Assembly (NCBI GenBank): GCA_041600755.1
Contig: JBFIJL010000001.1
Location: forward strand, 56,798 to 120,797
Source of the DNA: Candidatus Saccharimonadales bacterium
GTDB taxonomy: Bacteria > Patescibacteriota > Saccharimonadia > Saccharimonadales > JAXHNE01
Reading direction: 5' to 3'
Length of the DNA stretch: 64,000 bases
This document shows, piece after piece, positions 18,668-27,868 of this stretch (within the stretch, counting starts at the first letter, position 1; each line of letters starts with the position of its first letter). The notes under the pieces are model-generated. The model saw only the letters and a list, made by a program, of their open reading frames with translations, did no database searches and was not told where the DNA came from. Position numbers and translations under genes: made by a program.

Positions 18668-19072
18668 TTGCAAACTATGAAAATTGCTATCATTGAAGAT
18701 GACCGACCTATAGCTAGTATGTATCAGCAAAAGCTGAAACTGGCGAACCATCAGGTGCGCTGCGCTTTTGACGGCGAGGAAGGATTGACCATGCTTGAGG
18801 ACTTCCAGCCAGACGTTGCGCTCGTTGACCTCAAAATGCCAAAAATGACCGGCGATGCAATGCTCGAAATTATCCGCAAGACTGAGTGGGGTGCAAGTCT
18901 ACGCGTAATCATCCTTACCAACATCAGCAAAGATGAAGCTCCCAACAACTTACGGTTCATGAGCATTGACAGGTACATCGTTAAGGCACACTACACGCCA
19001 AACCAGGTGCTGGCTGTAGTTAACGAAGTGCTCGGCATTAAGCCACAAAACTTATCCACCAAAACTCAGTAA
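18668..19072 (+). CDS. Stand-alone response-regulator receiver protein (CheY-like), paralog 1 of 4
   Basis: IAIIEDD...VALVDLKMP...VIILTN...YIVKA: acidic pocket, phospho-Asp, T and K positions conserved; no output domain. Confidence 0.8.
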   Translation: MQTMKIAIIEDDRPIASMYQQKLKLANHQVRCAFDGEEGLTMLEDFQPDVALVDLKMPKMTGDAMLEIIRKTEWGASLRVIILTNISKDEAPNNLRFMSIDRYIVKAHYTPNQVLAVVNEVLGIKPQNLSTKTQ

Positions 19073-19198
19073 AAAACCCAACAAAACCAACTTGTGCATC
19101 CATAAGCGCTTTGGTACTGTATAGTTTCCGCGCGAATTTAAACAGAGATTTTTACGAAGGAAAACTAACAACATAAACGACAGAGTTTTGGAGGATTT

Positions 19199-19576
19199 TT
19201 GGTGCAAAAAATAGCCATCGTGCAGCATGATGATGCAATACGCAACATGTACAAGCTCAAGTTTGAGCAAGGACGATTTAGGGTCAAAACCGCCCGCTGC
19301 GGTCAAACTGCATTGGACCTACTGCGTGATTTTTGGCCGGACGTCGTTCTTATGGACATGCACCTGCCATTTTTGAGTGGTCTTGAGGCTGTAGAAAGAC
19401 TCCAAAATTATCCGTTATTTTCTCGGCCTAAAATTATTTTGACTTCAAATCTTGACGAAGAACAGGCGGCCAAAAAGTTTGGACACCTTGGAATTGATGG
19501 CTACATCCTAAAAGCGAACCACACTCCTTCTGAAATTCTTGGTATAGTACAAGGTATGATTGGAGCAACAGCTTGA
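19199..19576 (+). CDS. Stand-alone receiver-domain protein, paralog 2 (divergent acidic pocket QHDD)
   Basis: IAIVQHDD...VVLMDMHLP...IILTSN...YILKA. 4-nt overlap with the next paralog (translational coupling). Confidence 0.75.
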   Translation: MVQKIAIVQHDDAIRNMYKLKFEQGRFRVKTARCGQTALDLLRDFWPDVVLMDMHLPFLSGLEAVERLQNYPLFSRPKIILTSNLDEEQAAKKFGHLGIDGYILKANHTPSEILGIVQGMIGATA

Positions 19577-19938
19577 AAAAAATTATCCTCGTCGAAGATG
19601 ATGAGATGTTGGCAGAAATATACCAAACTAGATTGCAACTTGCAGACTTTGAATGCAAACGAGCCAATAATGGACTGGCTGGACTGGAACTCATCCAAAA
19701 AGAACTACCTGACCTCGTATTACTTGATCTGATGATGCCGATAATGTCAGGCGATCAAGTGCTTGAAGCAATTCGTACCAGCGACTGGGGAAAAGACATG
19801 AAAGTCATAATCCTTACCAATATTAGTGAGGCAGAAGCACCAGACATTATTAACGAGCTCGGTATCGAACGCTACATCGTAAAAGCCAATATTGTCCACG
19901 ATCAACTGGTTGAGGCTGTTAACGAAGTCCTAAAATAG
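19573..19938 (+). CDS. Stand-alone receiver-domain protein, paralog 3
   Basis: IILVEDD...LVLLDLMMP...VIILTN...YIVKA. Confidence 0.8.
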   Translation: MKKIILVEDDEMLAEIYQTRLQLADFECKRANNGLAGLELIQKELPDLVLLDLMMPIMSGDQVLEAIRTSDWGKDMKVIILTNISEAEAPDIINELGIERYIVKANIVHDQLVEAVNEVLK

Positions 19939-19982
19939 TTCAGGCGCTTGAGTTTATCCTTGTGTTGCCCTAGAATCTAAAC

Positions 19983-20348
19983 ATGGCAACTAAGATAGCA
20001 ATTATTGAAGACGACCAAGCTATCTCCCAGATGTACCGCATCAAGTTCGAAGCCGAGGGTTACGAAGTAGAAACTGCGGAAAACGGAAAACTGGGCCTCT
20101 TATTGATTGAAAAAATGAACCCAGACATTATTTTGCTGGATCTTATGATGCCAGAGATGACTGGCGATGAAATGCTAGAAAAGCTTCGGGCTAGCGATTT
20201 CGGCAAAGACACTAAAGTCGTTATTCTTACCAACATGGGCGAACAAGAAGTGCCTCAGAAAGTCAAAGACCTTGGCGTGGTTGACGTCATCCTAAAAGCC
20301 GACATGACCCCTCGGCAAGTAGCCGAACTTGTAAAAGCCAATCTATAA
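19983..20348 (+). CDS. Stand-alone receiver-domain protein, paralog 4
   Basis: IAIIEDD...IILLDLMMP...VVILTN...VILKA. Confidence 0.8.
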   Translation: MATKIAIIEDDQAISQMYRIKFEAEGYEVETAENGKLGLLLIEKMNPDIILLDLMMPEMTGDEMLEKLRASDFGKDTKVVILTNMGEQEVPQKVKDLGVVDVILKADMTPRQVAELVKANL

Positions 20349-20467
20349 GCAGGCTTGATTTGCATAATCTCAATTTTACTGTATAGTTTATTTTCATGTA
20401 TTACTTAGTTATCAATAACACCAAGAAGAAGCTCCTGCCCTAGCCAGAGCTGTTTTTGATGCACTTC

Positions 20468-20497
20468 AAACCCCGCTCCGGCGGGGTTCTTTTTTTG
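20468..20497 (+). terminator. Rho-independent terminator after the receiver-protein array
   Basis: aaccccgc-tccg-gcggggtt followed by ctttttttg. Confidence 0.6.
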
Positions 20498-20589
20498 TCT
20501 TGAACAAAGAACTCACCTAGGGCCAGTCCACAAAGAAAAATCAATCAACAACCATACGAGCATCTTTTTCGCTCGCAAAAGGAAAATAT

Positions 20590-20979
20590 ATGAGAACTTT
20601 AGAACGACAATCAAATCAATTACATCTTCCATCGTGGATGCTCGAAGCAAGAATGAGACCTGAGCCACTCCGCGTCCATGGTAGGCCATTTGTATTCTGG
20701 TCTGCAAACGGCGAGGAAGAAGATCTTTACAACAACAATTGTGAAGTCATAGAGGTGTCCATCAGAGTCGGCAGAATTGCGATTCAAACCGTTTCCGCTA
20801 TTGGTCACAGAGGTATCGATCCTGCCTTTACTGGATCATACCCAGTAATCATAGGGTCAGACGAAGCAACCAACGAGTATATATTTGGTGTACGGCCAGA
20901 GCTTGAATTTCGGGTAGAGGCATTTTCTGACCTCGTACCAGAAGAATTTCAGATGACTGACTGGGGGCAGACATGTTAA
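20590..20979 (+). CDS. Hypothetical protein, first gene of a three-gene operon
   Basis: 129 aa; stop overlaps the start of the next ORF by 7 nt; no recognised motif. Confidence 0.45.
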   Translation: MRTLERQSNQLHLPSWMLEARMRPEPLRVHGRPFVFWSANGEEEDLYNNNCEVIEVSIRVGRIAIQTVSAIGHRGIDPAFTGSYPVIIGSDEATNEYIFGVRPELEFRVEAFSDLVPEEFQMTDWGQTC

Positions 20980-21719
20980 ATGCAGCAACTCAAGCCCATT
21001 TTGAGGCAATTCTATCAAATCCAGAGCGACTTACAGTCGTATCTGAACGAATCGCTTCATCTGTCAGTGCGGCACATGAGGATGGCAACTTCATTCTTGA
21101 ACGTGACGCTTCACAAATTTCACATCAACTTCGTGGCGGTATGGCGACTTTTTTACCAGCGACGACACCCCAGGGAACAGACAGCTTTCTGTACTACATG
21201 GGCGCCCAGTACCTACCCACCCAAAACTACCACAGTGAATATCCTGTAATAGAAGGTGGAACACTGATTGCTAACTCCGACAAAGAACTGCTCGCCTGCT
21301 CGCGTGGTCGCGCGTCTGACGTCGTTCAAAACCTTGGCAGACTGGCATTTATCCCAAGCAATGGGCTCATCATCTACACATCAAGGTCTACCCCAAGCGT
21401 GCGAGCACTTACCGGCGGCGGCGCAAAACTACTTCAGCGTAGAGACTTTCCAATGCTTGATGCACTCACTTGCGATTCTGCATGCCTACCCAGCCCCCAA
21501 GGACCCATCGCTACCATTGGAACTATTGCTGTCTTTGCGGACGGCAGCGACCGCATTGAATGCCCAGTCAATGAAGCATATGCCGACGGGGCACTAGCTG
21601 ATGCCTGCTTTTTGTTAACAAATGACTGTGACCGAGCTTACGAAATGGAATCCCGCCTTTCTGAAGACTTTAATGGCTCGGCTCAAACGGTCCGCGCAAC
21701 ACTCATAGGAGGTGCGTAA
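20973..21719 (+). CDS. Hypothetical protein, second gene of the operon
   Basis: 248 aa; overlaps the downstream gene by 8 nt; Cys-rich C-terminal third; no recognised family. Confidence 0.45.
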   Translation: MLNAATQAHFEAILSNPERLTVVSERIASSVSAAHEDGNFILERDASQISHQLRGGMATFLPATTPQGTDSFLYYMGAQYLPTQNYHSEYPVIEGGTLIANSDKELLACSRGRASDVVQNLGRLAFIPSNGLIIYTSRSTPSVRALTGGGAKLLQRRDFPMLDALTCDSACLPSPQGPIATIGTIAVFADGSDRIECPVNEAYADGALADACFLLTNDCDRAYEMESRLSEDFNGSAQTVRATLIGGA

Positions 21720-22677
21720 CATGCAACATATAGACGACATACTGTTATACAACAACCCGGCTGGTCAACCGGCCTTGTGTCCGGTACTTCAGATTGGGAC
21801 AGGAGCACCACACACCGTACTGGTTGCATTGCAGCATGGCTGGGAGCTCATTGGACTCGATACAGCCCTGCAAACTGTTGCGAACGCCCCAGAAGTTCAA
21901 GGAACAATTACGCTGCTAGCCGCAGCCAATCCACTTGGGTATCTAGATCGCAGTCGATTTGTCGCCGCTCAGCAAGATCCGATGTCTGGAATTACACAAA
22001 ACCTAAATAGAGTGCACCCCGGCAATACAACTGGCACAATTTCAGAACAATCGGCGGCGGCTATTGATGCCTATATTTCCGGCTTGCAACCTGATTTTGT
22101 TCTAGATTTACACGCCTATGCATCTCAATCAGTACCGCACGCAATCCTAGACCCTTGCGATGGCGAACTTCAACATGTCATGCAACGCTACCTTCAAACT
22201 GCGCAGATTGCCTGGTACCGTGAATTTGAAGGCGAAACACTTCAGGAACAAGTACTCACGAGTGCACTAAGCGCAGTCTGGCTAAACAGAGGCGTGCCAG
22301 CATTAACAATCGAGCTCGGGCCGCTAGACAGCTTTAGCGTCGAAGAATCTCAAGCTGCTCAGCAAACACTACGAAATATGCTCATAAGTATCGGCGCAAT
22401 GAATGGTGCAATCGCACCAACAACGTATTTGGATACTTCACAGCCATTTAGTAGGAACGAAATTCGATACACAGGAGCAGCTGGAGGCTATATCCGATAT
22501 CTCGTCCCTATCCTCACGCAAGTTCAGGAAGGTGAGGCTGTGGCTGAAATTATCGCACTTAATGGCAACATTGTAGATATAATGTATGCGGAAAATGATG
22601 GAGTGGTATTTATTTGGCACGATGAGTACCGCGTCATGAGTGGCTCGGTAATTGGAATTTTACTCACCACTCCCTAG
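21712..22677 (+). CDS. Succinylglutamate desuccinylase/aspartoacylase (AstE/AspA) family zinc deacylase-like protein
   Basis: HGWE (family HGNE zinc site), ...NLNRVHPG... (family DLNRxFPG), DLHAY (second His ligand); 321 aa. Confidence 0.5.
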   Translation: MRNMQHIDDILLYNNPAGQPALCPVLQIGTGAPHTVLVALQHGWELIGLDTALQTVANAPEVQGTITLLAAANPLGYLDRSRFVAAQQDPMSGITQNLNRVHPGNTTGTISEQSAAAIDAYISGLQPDFVLDLHAYASQSVPHAILDPCDGELQHVMQRYLQTAQIAWYREFEGETLQEQVLTSALSAVWLNRGVPALTIELGPLDSFSVEESQAAQQTLRNMLISIGAMNGAIAPTTYLDTSQPFSRNEIRYTGAAGGYIRYLVPILTQVQEGEAVAEIIALNGNIVDIMYAENDGVVFIWHDEYRVMSGSVIGILLTTP

Positions 22678-22706
22678 AGTCGAGGTTTATTGCTACAATA
22701 CAGGTT

Positions 22707-24029
22707 ATGAAGATAGCAATTCTGGGATTTGGAGCCCAAGGCAGATCAGCTTATGAGTACTGGAACACTCCAGACAACCAACTGACAATCTGCGATACAA
22801 ATACTGATTTAGAAGCACCTGGTGAGGCTTCAACAAAACTTGGTCCAAATTATCTCAATGATTTAGGCCAGTTTGACATGCTCATCAGAACACCAATATT
22901 ACACCCTCGAGATATCACATCCGCTAATCCAGAATCACCTGACATACTAGCTAAAGTCTGGTCCAATACCAATGAATTCATGAAAGTCTGTCCAACAAGA
23001 AATATCATTGGAGTCACGGGCACCAAAGGCAAAGGCACTACTAGCACCCTCATTACAAAAATGCTCGAAGCCGCAGGCAAAACTGTGCATCTTGGCGGCA
23101 ATATAGGTATTCCGCCGCTCGAAATGCTGCATAGCGACATTCAACCAGATGACTGGGTGGTGCTTGAACTGGCCAACTTCCAGCTCATAGATCTGCAAAT
23201 CTCACCGCACATTGCAGTGTGTCTCATGGTAGAGCCAGAGCACATGGACTGGCACGCAGATTTTAAAGAGTACAAAGCCGCCAAGAAGCAGCTTTTTGCG
23301 CATCAATCTACAAAAGACACTGCTATTTTCTACGCAGATAATGAAACATCGAGAGAGATTGCGAGTCAGTCGCAATCTATGTTGATTCCATACTTTGCAA
23401 AACCCGGCGCAGTTGTTGAAGATGAAACGATAAAAATTGACGGAAATGAAATTTGTTCAGTACATGAACTAAAGCTACTAGGGAAGCACAACTGGCAAAA
23501 TGTCTGCGCTGCGGTAACTGCATTTTGGCAAATATCTCAGGACACCCAAGCTATACGATGGACTATAGACACCTTCTCTGGTCTTGAACATCGCCTGGAG
23601 CATGTAAGCACTATTGAAAAAGTAGATTACTACGATGATTCCTTTGGCACCACCCCAGAAACAGCAGTTGTCGCAATTGAGGCATTCGAACAACCTAAAA
23701 TTGTCATTCTTGGTGGATCAGATAAGCATGCTTCATATGACAAGTTGGCAAGAACGGTCGTAAACCACAATGTTAGATCGGTGATAGTAATTGGAGACAC
23801 GGCTTCAGAAATATCTACAGCCTTGAAGAATGAAGGCTTTTCATCCATAGAATCCGGTCCCCAAACTATGCCAGAAATTGTTGCCTTGGCCAGATCACTT
23901 GCTCAACCCGGAGATGTGGTACTTCTTTCGACTGGCTGTGCAAGCTTTGGTCTATTCAAGAACTACAAGGATCGAGGCGATCAATTTACGCAAGCTGTTC
24001 GATCACTCTCGCAAGCTGACGCACGATAG
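22707..24029 (+). CDS. murD: UDP-N-acetylmuramoylalanine--D-glutamate ligase
   Basis: Mur ligase P-loop IGVTGTKGKGTTSTLI; N-terminal Rossmann MKIAILGFGAQGRSAYEYW typical of MurD; 440 aa. Confidence 0.75.
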   Translation: MKIAILGFGAQGRSAYEYWNTPDNQLTICDTNTDLEAPGEASTKLGPNYLNDLGQFDMLIRTPILHPRDITSANPESPDILAKVWSNTNEFMKVCPTRNIIGVTGTKGKGTTSTLITKMLEAAGKTVHLGGNIGIPPLEMLHSDIQPDDWVVLELANFQLIDLQISPHIAVCLMVEPEHMDWHADFKEYKAAKKQLFAHQSTKDTAIFYADNETSREIASQSQSMLIPYFAKPGAVVEDETIKIDGNEICSVHELKLLGKHNWQNVCAAVTAFWQISQDTQAIRWTIDTFSGLEHRLEHVSTIEKVDYYDDSFGTTPETAVVAIEAFEQPKIVILGGSDKHASYDKLARTVVNHNVRSVIVIGDTASEISTALKNEGFSSIESGPQTMPEIVALARSLAQPGDVVLLSTGCASFGLFKNYKDRGDQFTQAVRSLSQADAR

Positions 24030-24636
24030 CAGACTCAGGCTGTAGCACCACTACGTTGTGAATATTTGCAATTTGCTTAATCTCGTTTTCTATCCAGTGA
24101 TAATGCGTACAGCCCAAAACTATTACATCAGCTCCCTTATCGCAAACAGCTGAAATTGTTTCTGCAATTTTTTCTTCATTTAGAGTTGAGCTCTCGATAA
24201 GTGCCGCCCAGTCCGAGCAGTCTGGCTCGATCACTGTCAGATTCTTTGCATAATTCTGCTTTAACCAAGCATAACGCTTACTTTTAAGTGTCGCTGGTGT
24301 AGCGCAAATTGCTATGACTCCTGATTTTGATTGCATTGAAGCGGGCTTCACCATTGGTTCGATGCCAATAATTGGAATATCTGTGCTGGCTCTGAGAAAT
24401 TCGATAGAATTAGTCGTTGCTGTGTTGCAGGCTAAGACTATGACTTCGCAGCCCTTACTGACAAATTTTACGATAAATGGCAGCAGGAGTTCATTTAGCT
24501 GAGCTACTGATTTATTTCCATAAGGTATGTTTTCACTGTCTTCAAGATATATTACTTCATGTTCCGGATAGGCTCTTGAGATAGCATTGACTACCGATTT
24601 GCCACCAATACCAGAATCGAATACGCCAATTTTCAT
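23986..24636 (-). CDS. murI: Glutamate racemase
   Basis: KIGVFDSGIGGKSV..., ...IPYGNKS..., ...VLACNTAT..., ...LGCTHYH... motifs; 216 aa (short); 3' end overlaps murD 3' end convergently by 44 nt. Confidence 0.75.
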   Translation of the reverse strand: MKIGVFDSGIGGKSVVNAISRAYPEHEVIYLEDSENIPYGNKSVAQLNELLLPFIVKFVSKGCEVIVLACNTATTNSIEFLRASTDIPIIGIEPMVKPASMQSKSGVIAICATPATLKSKRYAWLKQNYAKNLTVIEPDCSDWAALIESSTLNEEKIAETISAVCDKGADVIVLGCTHYHWIENEIKQIANIHNVVVLQPESAIVRQLARVIEQLA

Positions 24637-24641
24637 ACTAC

Positions 24642-25448
24642 TTACTCTATAGATTTTCTAGCAGCCAAGATAACATTCTCGAACAGAGCACAAACAGTTA
24701 GGGGGCCGACTCCGCCCTTGACTGGAGTAAGTGTGAGATCATCTCGCTCATAAACAGTTTCATGCAAATCACCTACAGTTTTGCCGGATTCGCTAGCAAC
24801 ACCTGCATCAACTACAATTGCACCTTGCTTGATCATTTCTGGATAAAGAATTGCGGGGCTGCCGGTAGCGGTAATAATGACATCTGCATCCTGTACTTTA
24901 CCCGACAAATCCTCTACCTCTCTACCAACCACTTCTACATCAAACCCCGAAGCTATCATTAGTTTCTCGAGCGGAGCACCCACTAACTTGCCACGCCCAA
25001 TTAACAAAATGTGCTTACCGCGAAGATCAACATTGAAGCCGCTTAGAAGCCACAAAATAGCCGTAGGAGTTGCTGGATCCATAGTCGCATCTTTGCCAAG
25101 CGCATCTACGTCCTTAGCGGGTGCAACCATATCTACGATTTCATCAGTTTGACTCACATCTGTTATTGGTAGTTGCACAATGATTCCGTGCACAGAATCA
25201 TTTTCATTTAAAGATTGCAATGTGCTCGCAATTTCATCTTGTGAAACAGTATAACTTTCTACCAAAATACCAATGTCTGCACCGTAGCGCTTTTTGAGAT
25301 TTACATAGGTATTGATGACCGGATCGTCTTTGGTCTGGACAATGGCAAGTTTTGGAGTTACGCCTTCGGCTTGGATGAGACCACGAACTTGGTGGCCTTG
25401 ACGTTCTTTGATGAATGCAGCCAATTCGCTGCCACGGAGTAATTTCAT
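24642..25448 (-). CDS. folD: Bifunctional methylenetetrahydrofolate dehydrogenase/cyclohydrolase
   Basis: LLRGSELAAFIKERQ...PKLAIVQTKDDPVINTYVNLKKRYGADIGI...PVKGGVGPLTV motifs. Confidence 0.85.
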   Translation of the reverse strand: MKLLRGSELAAFIKERQGHQVRGLIQAEGVTPKLAIVQTKDDPVINTYVNLKKRYGADIGILVESYTVSQDEIASTLQSLNENDSVHGIIVQLPITDVSQTDEIVDMVAPAKDVDALGKDATMDPATPTAILWLLSGFNVDLRGKHILLIGRGKLVGAPLEKLMIASGFDVEVVGREVEDLSGKVQDADVIITATGSPAILYPEMIKQGAIVVDAGVASESGKTVGDLHETVYERDDLTLTPVKGGVGPLTVCALFENVILAARKSIE

Positions 25449-25520
25449 TTCCCTATTCTAACAGATAGAAAAAAATCGACATGATTTGAAAAAATATAGT
25501 CCTGGGCGTACTATTAAATT

Positions 25521-26993
25521 ATGTTAAAGCGGTTAAGGTATTTAACTTTAAGCTTCTCATTCCTCTTTGTTTTGTGCGGTCCAGGTTTTGTCCACGCTGA
25601 TTCGCCAGAGGCCCCGACAGATCCTAGCCTGCCGATAGTCCTTACAGAAATATATCCTAACGCACCTGGCAGCAAAGAGTCCGGAAACGATCCAACCAGC
25701 GACCCACTAGCAAATGAATACGTTGAACTATTCAATACAACGTCTATTTCTATCGAGCTGTCGTACTTTGTACTCAGCAGGGATGGCAGCGCAACGACAA
25801 CGTCACTTGATGGTCTCACGATTGAACCTCATGGTTACTTGGTGATTCTTCCAGATTTTAGTCTCATCAATGGTGGTGGCACCTTGCACCTCAGCTATGA
25901 ATACCCAGACCTTGACTCTAAAATCGACAGCTACACATATCCCGGCGATATCCCTGATACCCACTCCTGGTCTTTGATTGACAACATTTGGGAGCAGGCA
26001 GTTCCCTCTCCCAATGAAACCAACCCCCCTCCCATCCCCATAGACATTCCCGAGGAAGAGTCCAATGAAGAAGAGACTCCCGAAGAGCCAATCGAAACAT
26101 CCTGTCAAGTTGATGTGACTATCACGGAAATTGTAGCAAATCCAAAGGGGTCAGATAGTGATGGCGGTGAATTTATAGAGTTGTTTAATAACAACGACAA
26201 ACCGGCACTACTCACTGGCTGCATGCTTTCCACCGATAAAGCCCCTGCTATTCAACTAGCAGATATCTCATTGGAGTCAGGCGCATATATCGCAATTATG
26301 TTGAGCAATGACCTACTTAACGGTGGCGGTACAGTGCAGTTTACAAGCGACGACGAAGAAGATGTTGTTACTTACCCCGCACTCAGTGACGATGAATCAT
26401 GGTCACTGATTAATGGCGCATGGCAAATGTCCAAGGTATCAACGCCGAATGCCAAAAATGTATCGACGCCGGCAGAAGAGCCGACTGTCATAAAATCCAC
26501 TGCCCTTGAGCCCTGCCCAGAGGGAAAGTTTAGAAATCCAGAAACCAACAGATGCAAGACGATTGTCGAAACTGTCAGCGAGCTACTTCCCTGCAACCCC
26601 GGATCAACCAGAAATCCCGAGACTAATCGATGTCGTAAGATTGCCAGCTCGATATCTTCGACGCTCACACCATGCAAAGCTAATCAAGAGCGCAATCCTG
26701 AAACCAATCGTTGCAGATCAATTGCCTCAACGACAAGTAGTGAGCCAAAACCATGCGACGAAGGCTATGAAAGAAACTCAGAAACCAACCGCTGCCGCAA
26801 AGTTGCAGAAGTTCTTTCTGGAGCCACTATCGAGACTCCAGATAAAGAGGCAGGCTTGCATACAGGCGTATTTTTATTCATGTCTATACTCGTCATTAGC
26901 TATGGAGTCTATGAATATCGCCTGGACTTTCAAAATTTAATACATAAGATAAGAGAAAGAAGACTCATAAAATTCTTGCCAAAACAGAGGTAA
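25521..26993 (+). CDS. Secreted lamin-tail-domain (LTD) protein with C-terminal Cys-repeat region and TM anchor
   Basis: Signal peptide; two LTD-like segments (LTEIYPNAPGS...EYVELFN; ITEIVANPKGSDSDGGEFIELFN). Four repeats CxxxxxRNPETNRC(K/R); C-terminal TM (VFLFMSILVISYGVY). Confidence 0.7.
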   Translation: MLKRLRYLTLSFSFLFVLCGPGFVHADSPEAPTDPSLPIVLTEIYPNAPGSKESGNDPTSDPLANEYVELFNTTSISIELSYFVLSRDGSATTTSLDGLTIEPHGYLVILPDFSLINGGGTLHLSYEYPDLDSKIDSYTYPGDIPDTHSWSLIDNIWEQAVPSPNETNPPPIPIDIPEEESNEEETPEEPIETSCQVDVTITEIVANPKGSDSDGGEFIELFNNNDKPALLTGCMLSTDKAPAIQLADISLESGAYIAIMLSNDLLNGGGTVQFTSDDEEDVVTYPALSDDESWSLINGAWQMSKVSTPNAKNVSTPAEEPTVIKSTALEPCPEGKFRNPETNRCKTIVETVSELLPCNPGSTRNPETNRCRKIASSISSTLTPCKANQERNPETNRCRSIASTTSSEPKPCDEGYERNSETNRCRKVAEVLSGATIETPDKEAGLHTGVFLFMSILVISYGVYEYRLDFQNLIHKIRERRLIKFLPKQR

Positions 26994-27196
26994 TCTGCTA
27001 AAGTTTTCTTCAGCAATCTGCTCTGGTCTGCCTGAAGTTCGCAGCTGGATGCAGAGCACGGCGTAAATGAAGCGCGCACTGAGCCGTATACACAATACGG
27101 TGAAGGAGCACTGGAATTTACAACACAGCTCTGCGCCAGAAACTTCAGCGGTTCTCAAACTCCGTTTGATAACAGGCTGAAGTAGTGCGCACCTCA

Positions 27197-27273
27197 GGGC
27201 CAGTAGCTCAGCTGGTTAGAGCACCTGCCTCTTAAGCAGGGTGTCGAGGGTTCGAGTCCCTCCTGGCCCTCCA
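27197..27273 (+). tRNA. tRNA-Lys (anticodon CTT)
   Basis: GGGCCAGTAGCTCAGCTGGTTAGAGCACCTGCCTCTTAAGCAGGGTGTCGAGGGTTCGAGTCCCTCCTGGCCCTCCA folds as a cloverleaf; anticodon loop CTCTTAA. Confidence 0.85.
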
Positions 27274-27466
27274 TTAAAGAAGCATCTATCCTCGCCGATA
27301 GGTGTTTCTTTAATTTGTGATAAATTTCTAGGCATGAAGCGCTAGTTACACGAGACATACTCTGATGGTGGCCGATTTGCCAGTCACAAAACTACAGACT
27401 CATAGGAACAAATTGAGTCCCTCGTTGTCATCTAATACGCTTTTACTCTTTTGATATACTATCGAT

Positions 27467-27868
27467 ATGCGTGAAATCTATTTAGCAGGCAAAATCTCAA
27501 GTGACGAAAATTTAACTCGAACTTTTTCTGATGAGCTAGAGCTAAGAGGACATATGGTGCTTCAAAAATGGTGGGAATCCGATAGATTGCTAACCCCCTA
27601 CTTGGACAACATGGACACAACCGGTCCTGCTGCGCGGGCGATGATAGACGCTGCATACGAAAGCGATGTGACTATTCTGTTTCCTTCGGAGAGAATTATT
27701 GGCGCTGCTGTTGAATTTGGTGCAGCCATAGCCAGCACCAAGACAAATCCAGATAAGCTAGTTATAGCCGTGAATCCGTTTGATACCAGACAGTCCGTAT
27801 TCTACGGACATGAATCTGTGATTACGGTTAGTGGGATTGATCAAGTCAGAAAAATGGATTGGTTTTAA
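27467..27868 (+). CDS. Nucleoside 2-deoxyribosyltransferase-like protein
   Basis: 133 aa; N-terminal EIYLAGKIS matches the iYLAGp motif of the family; weak otherwise. Confidence 0.35.
   Translation: MREIYLAGKISSDENLTRTFSDELELRGHMVLQKWWESDRLLTPYLDNMDTTGPAARAMIDAAYESDVTILFPSERIIGAAVEFGAAIASTKTNPDKLVIAVNPFDTRQSVFYGHESVITVSGIDQVRKMDWF

Noticed and set aside
27020-27160. Possible SRP RNA (ffs)
   Set aside because: The GAAGGAGCAC element resembles domain IV, but the complementary 5' strand (…GUCAGG…) and the GNRA tetraloop are absent; kept only as an unassigned structured region.
27405-27430. 9-nt match (gagtccctc) to the tRNA-Lys T-arm 140 bp downstream of tRNA-Lys
   Set aside because: Too short; GGTTCGAGTCCC-type T-loop strings also occur in tRNA-Arg(TCT) and in segment 42804-42950, so this may be chance or a generic T-arm fragment.
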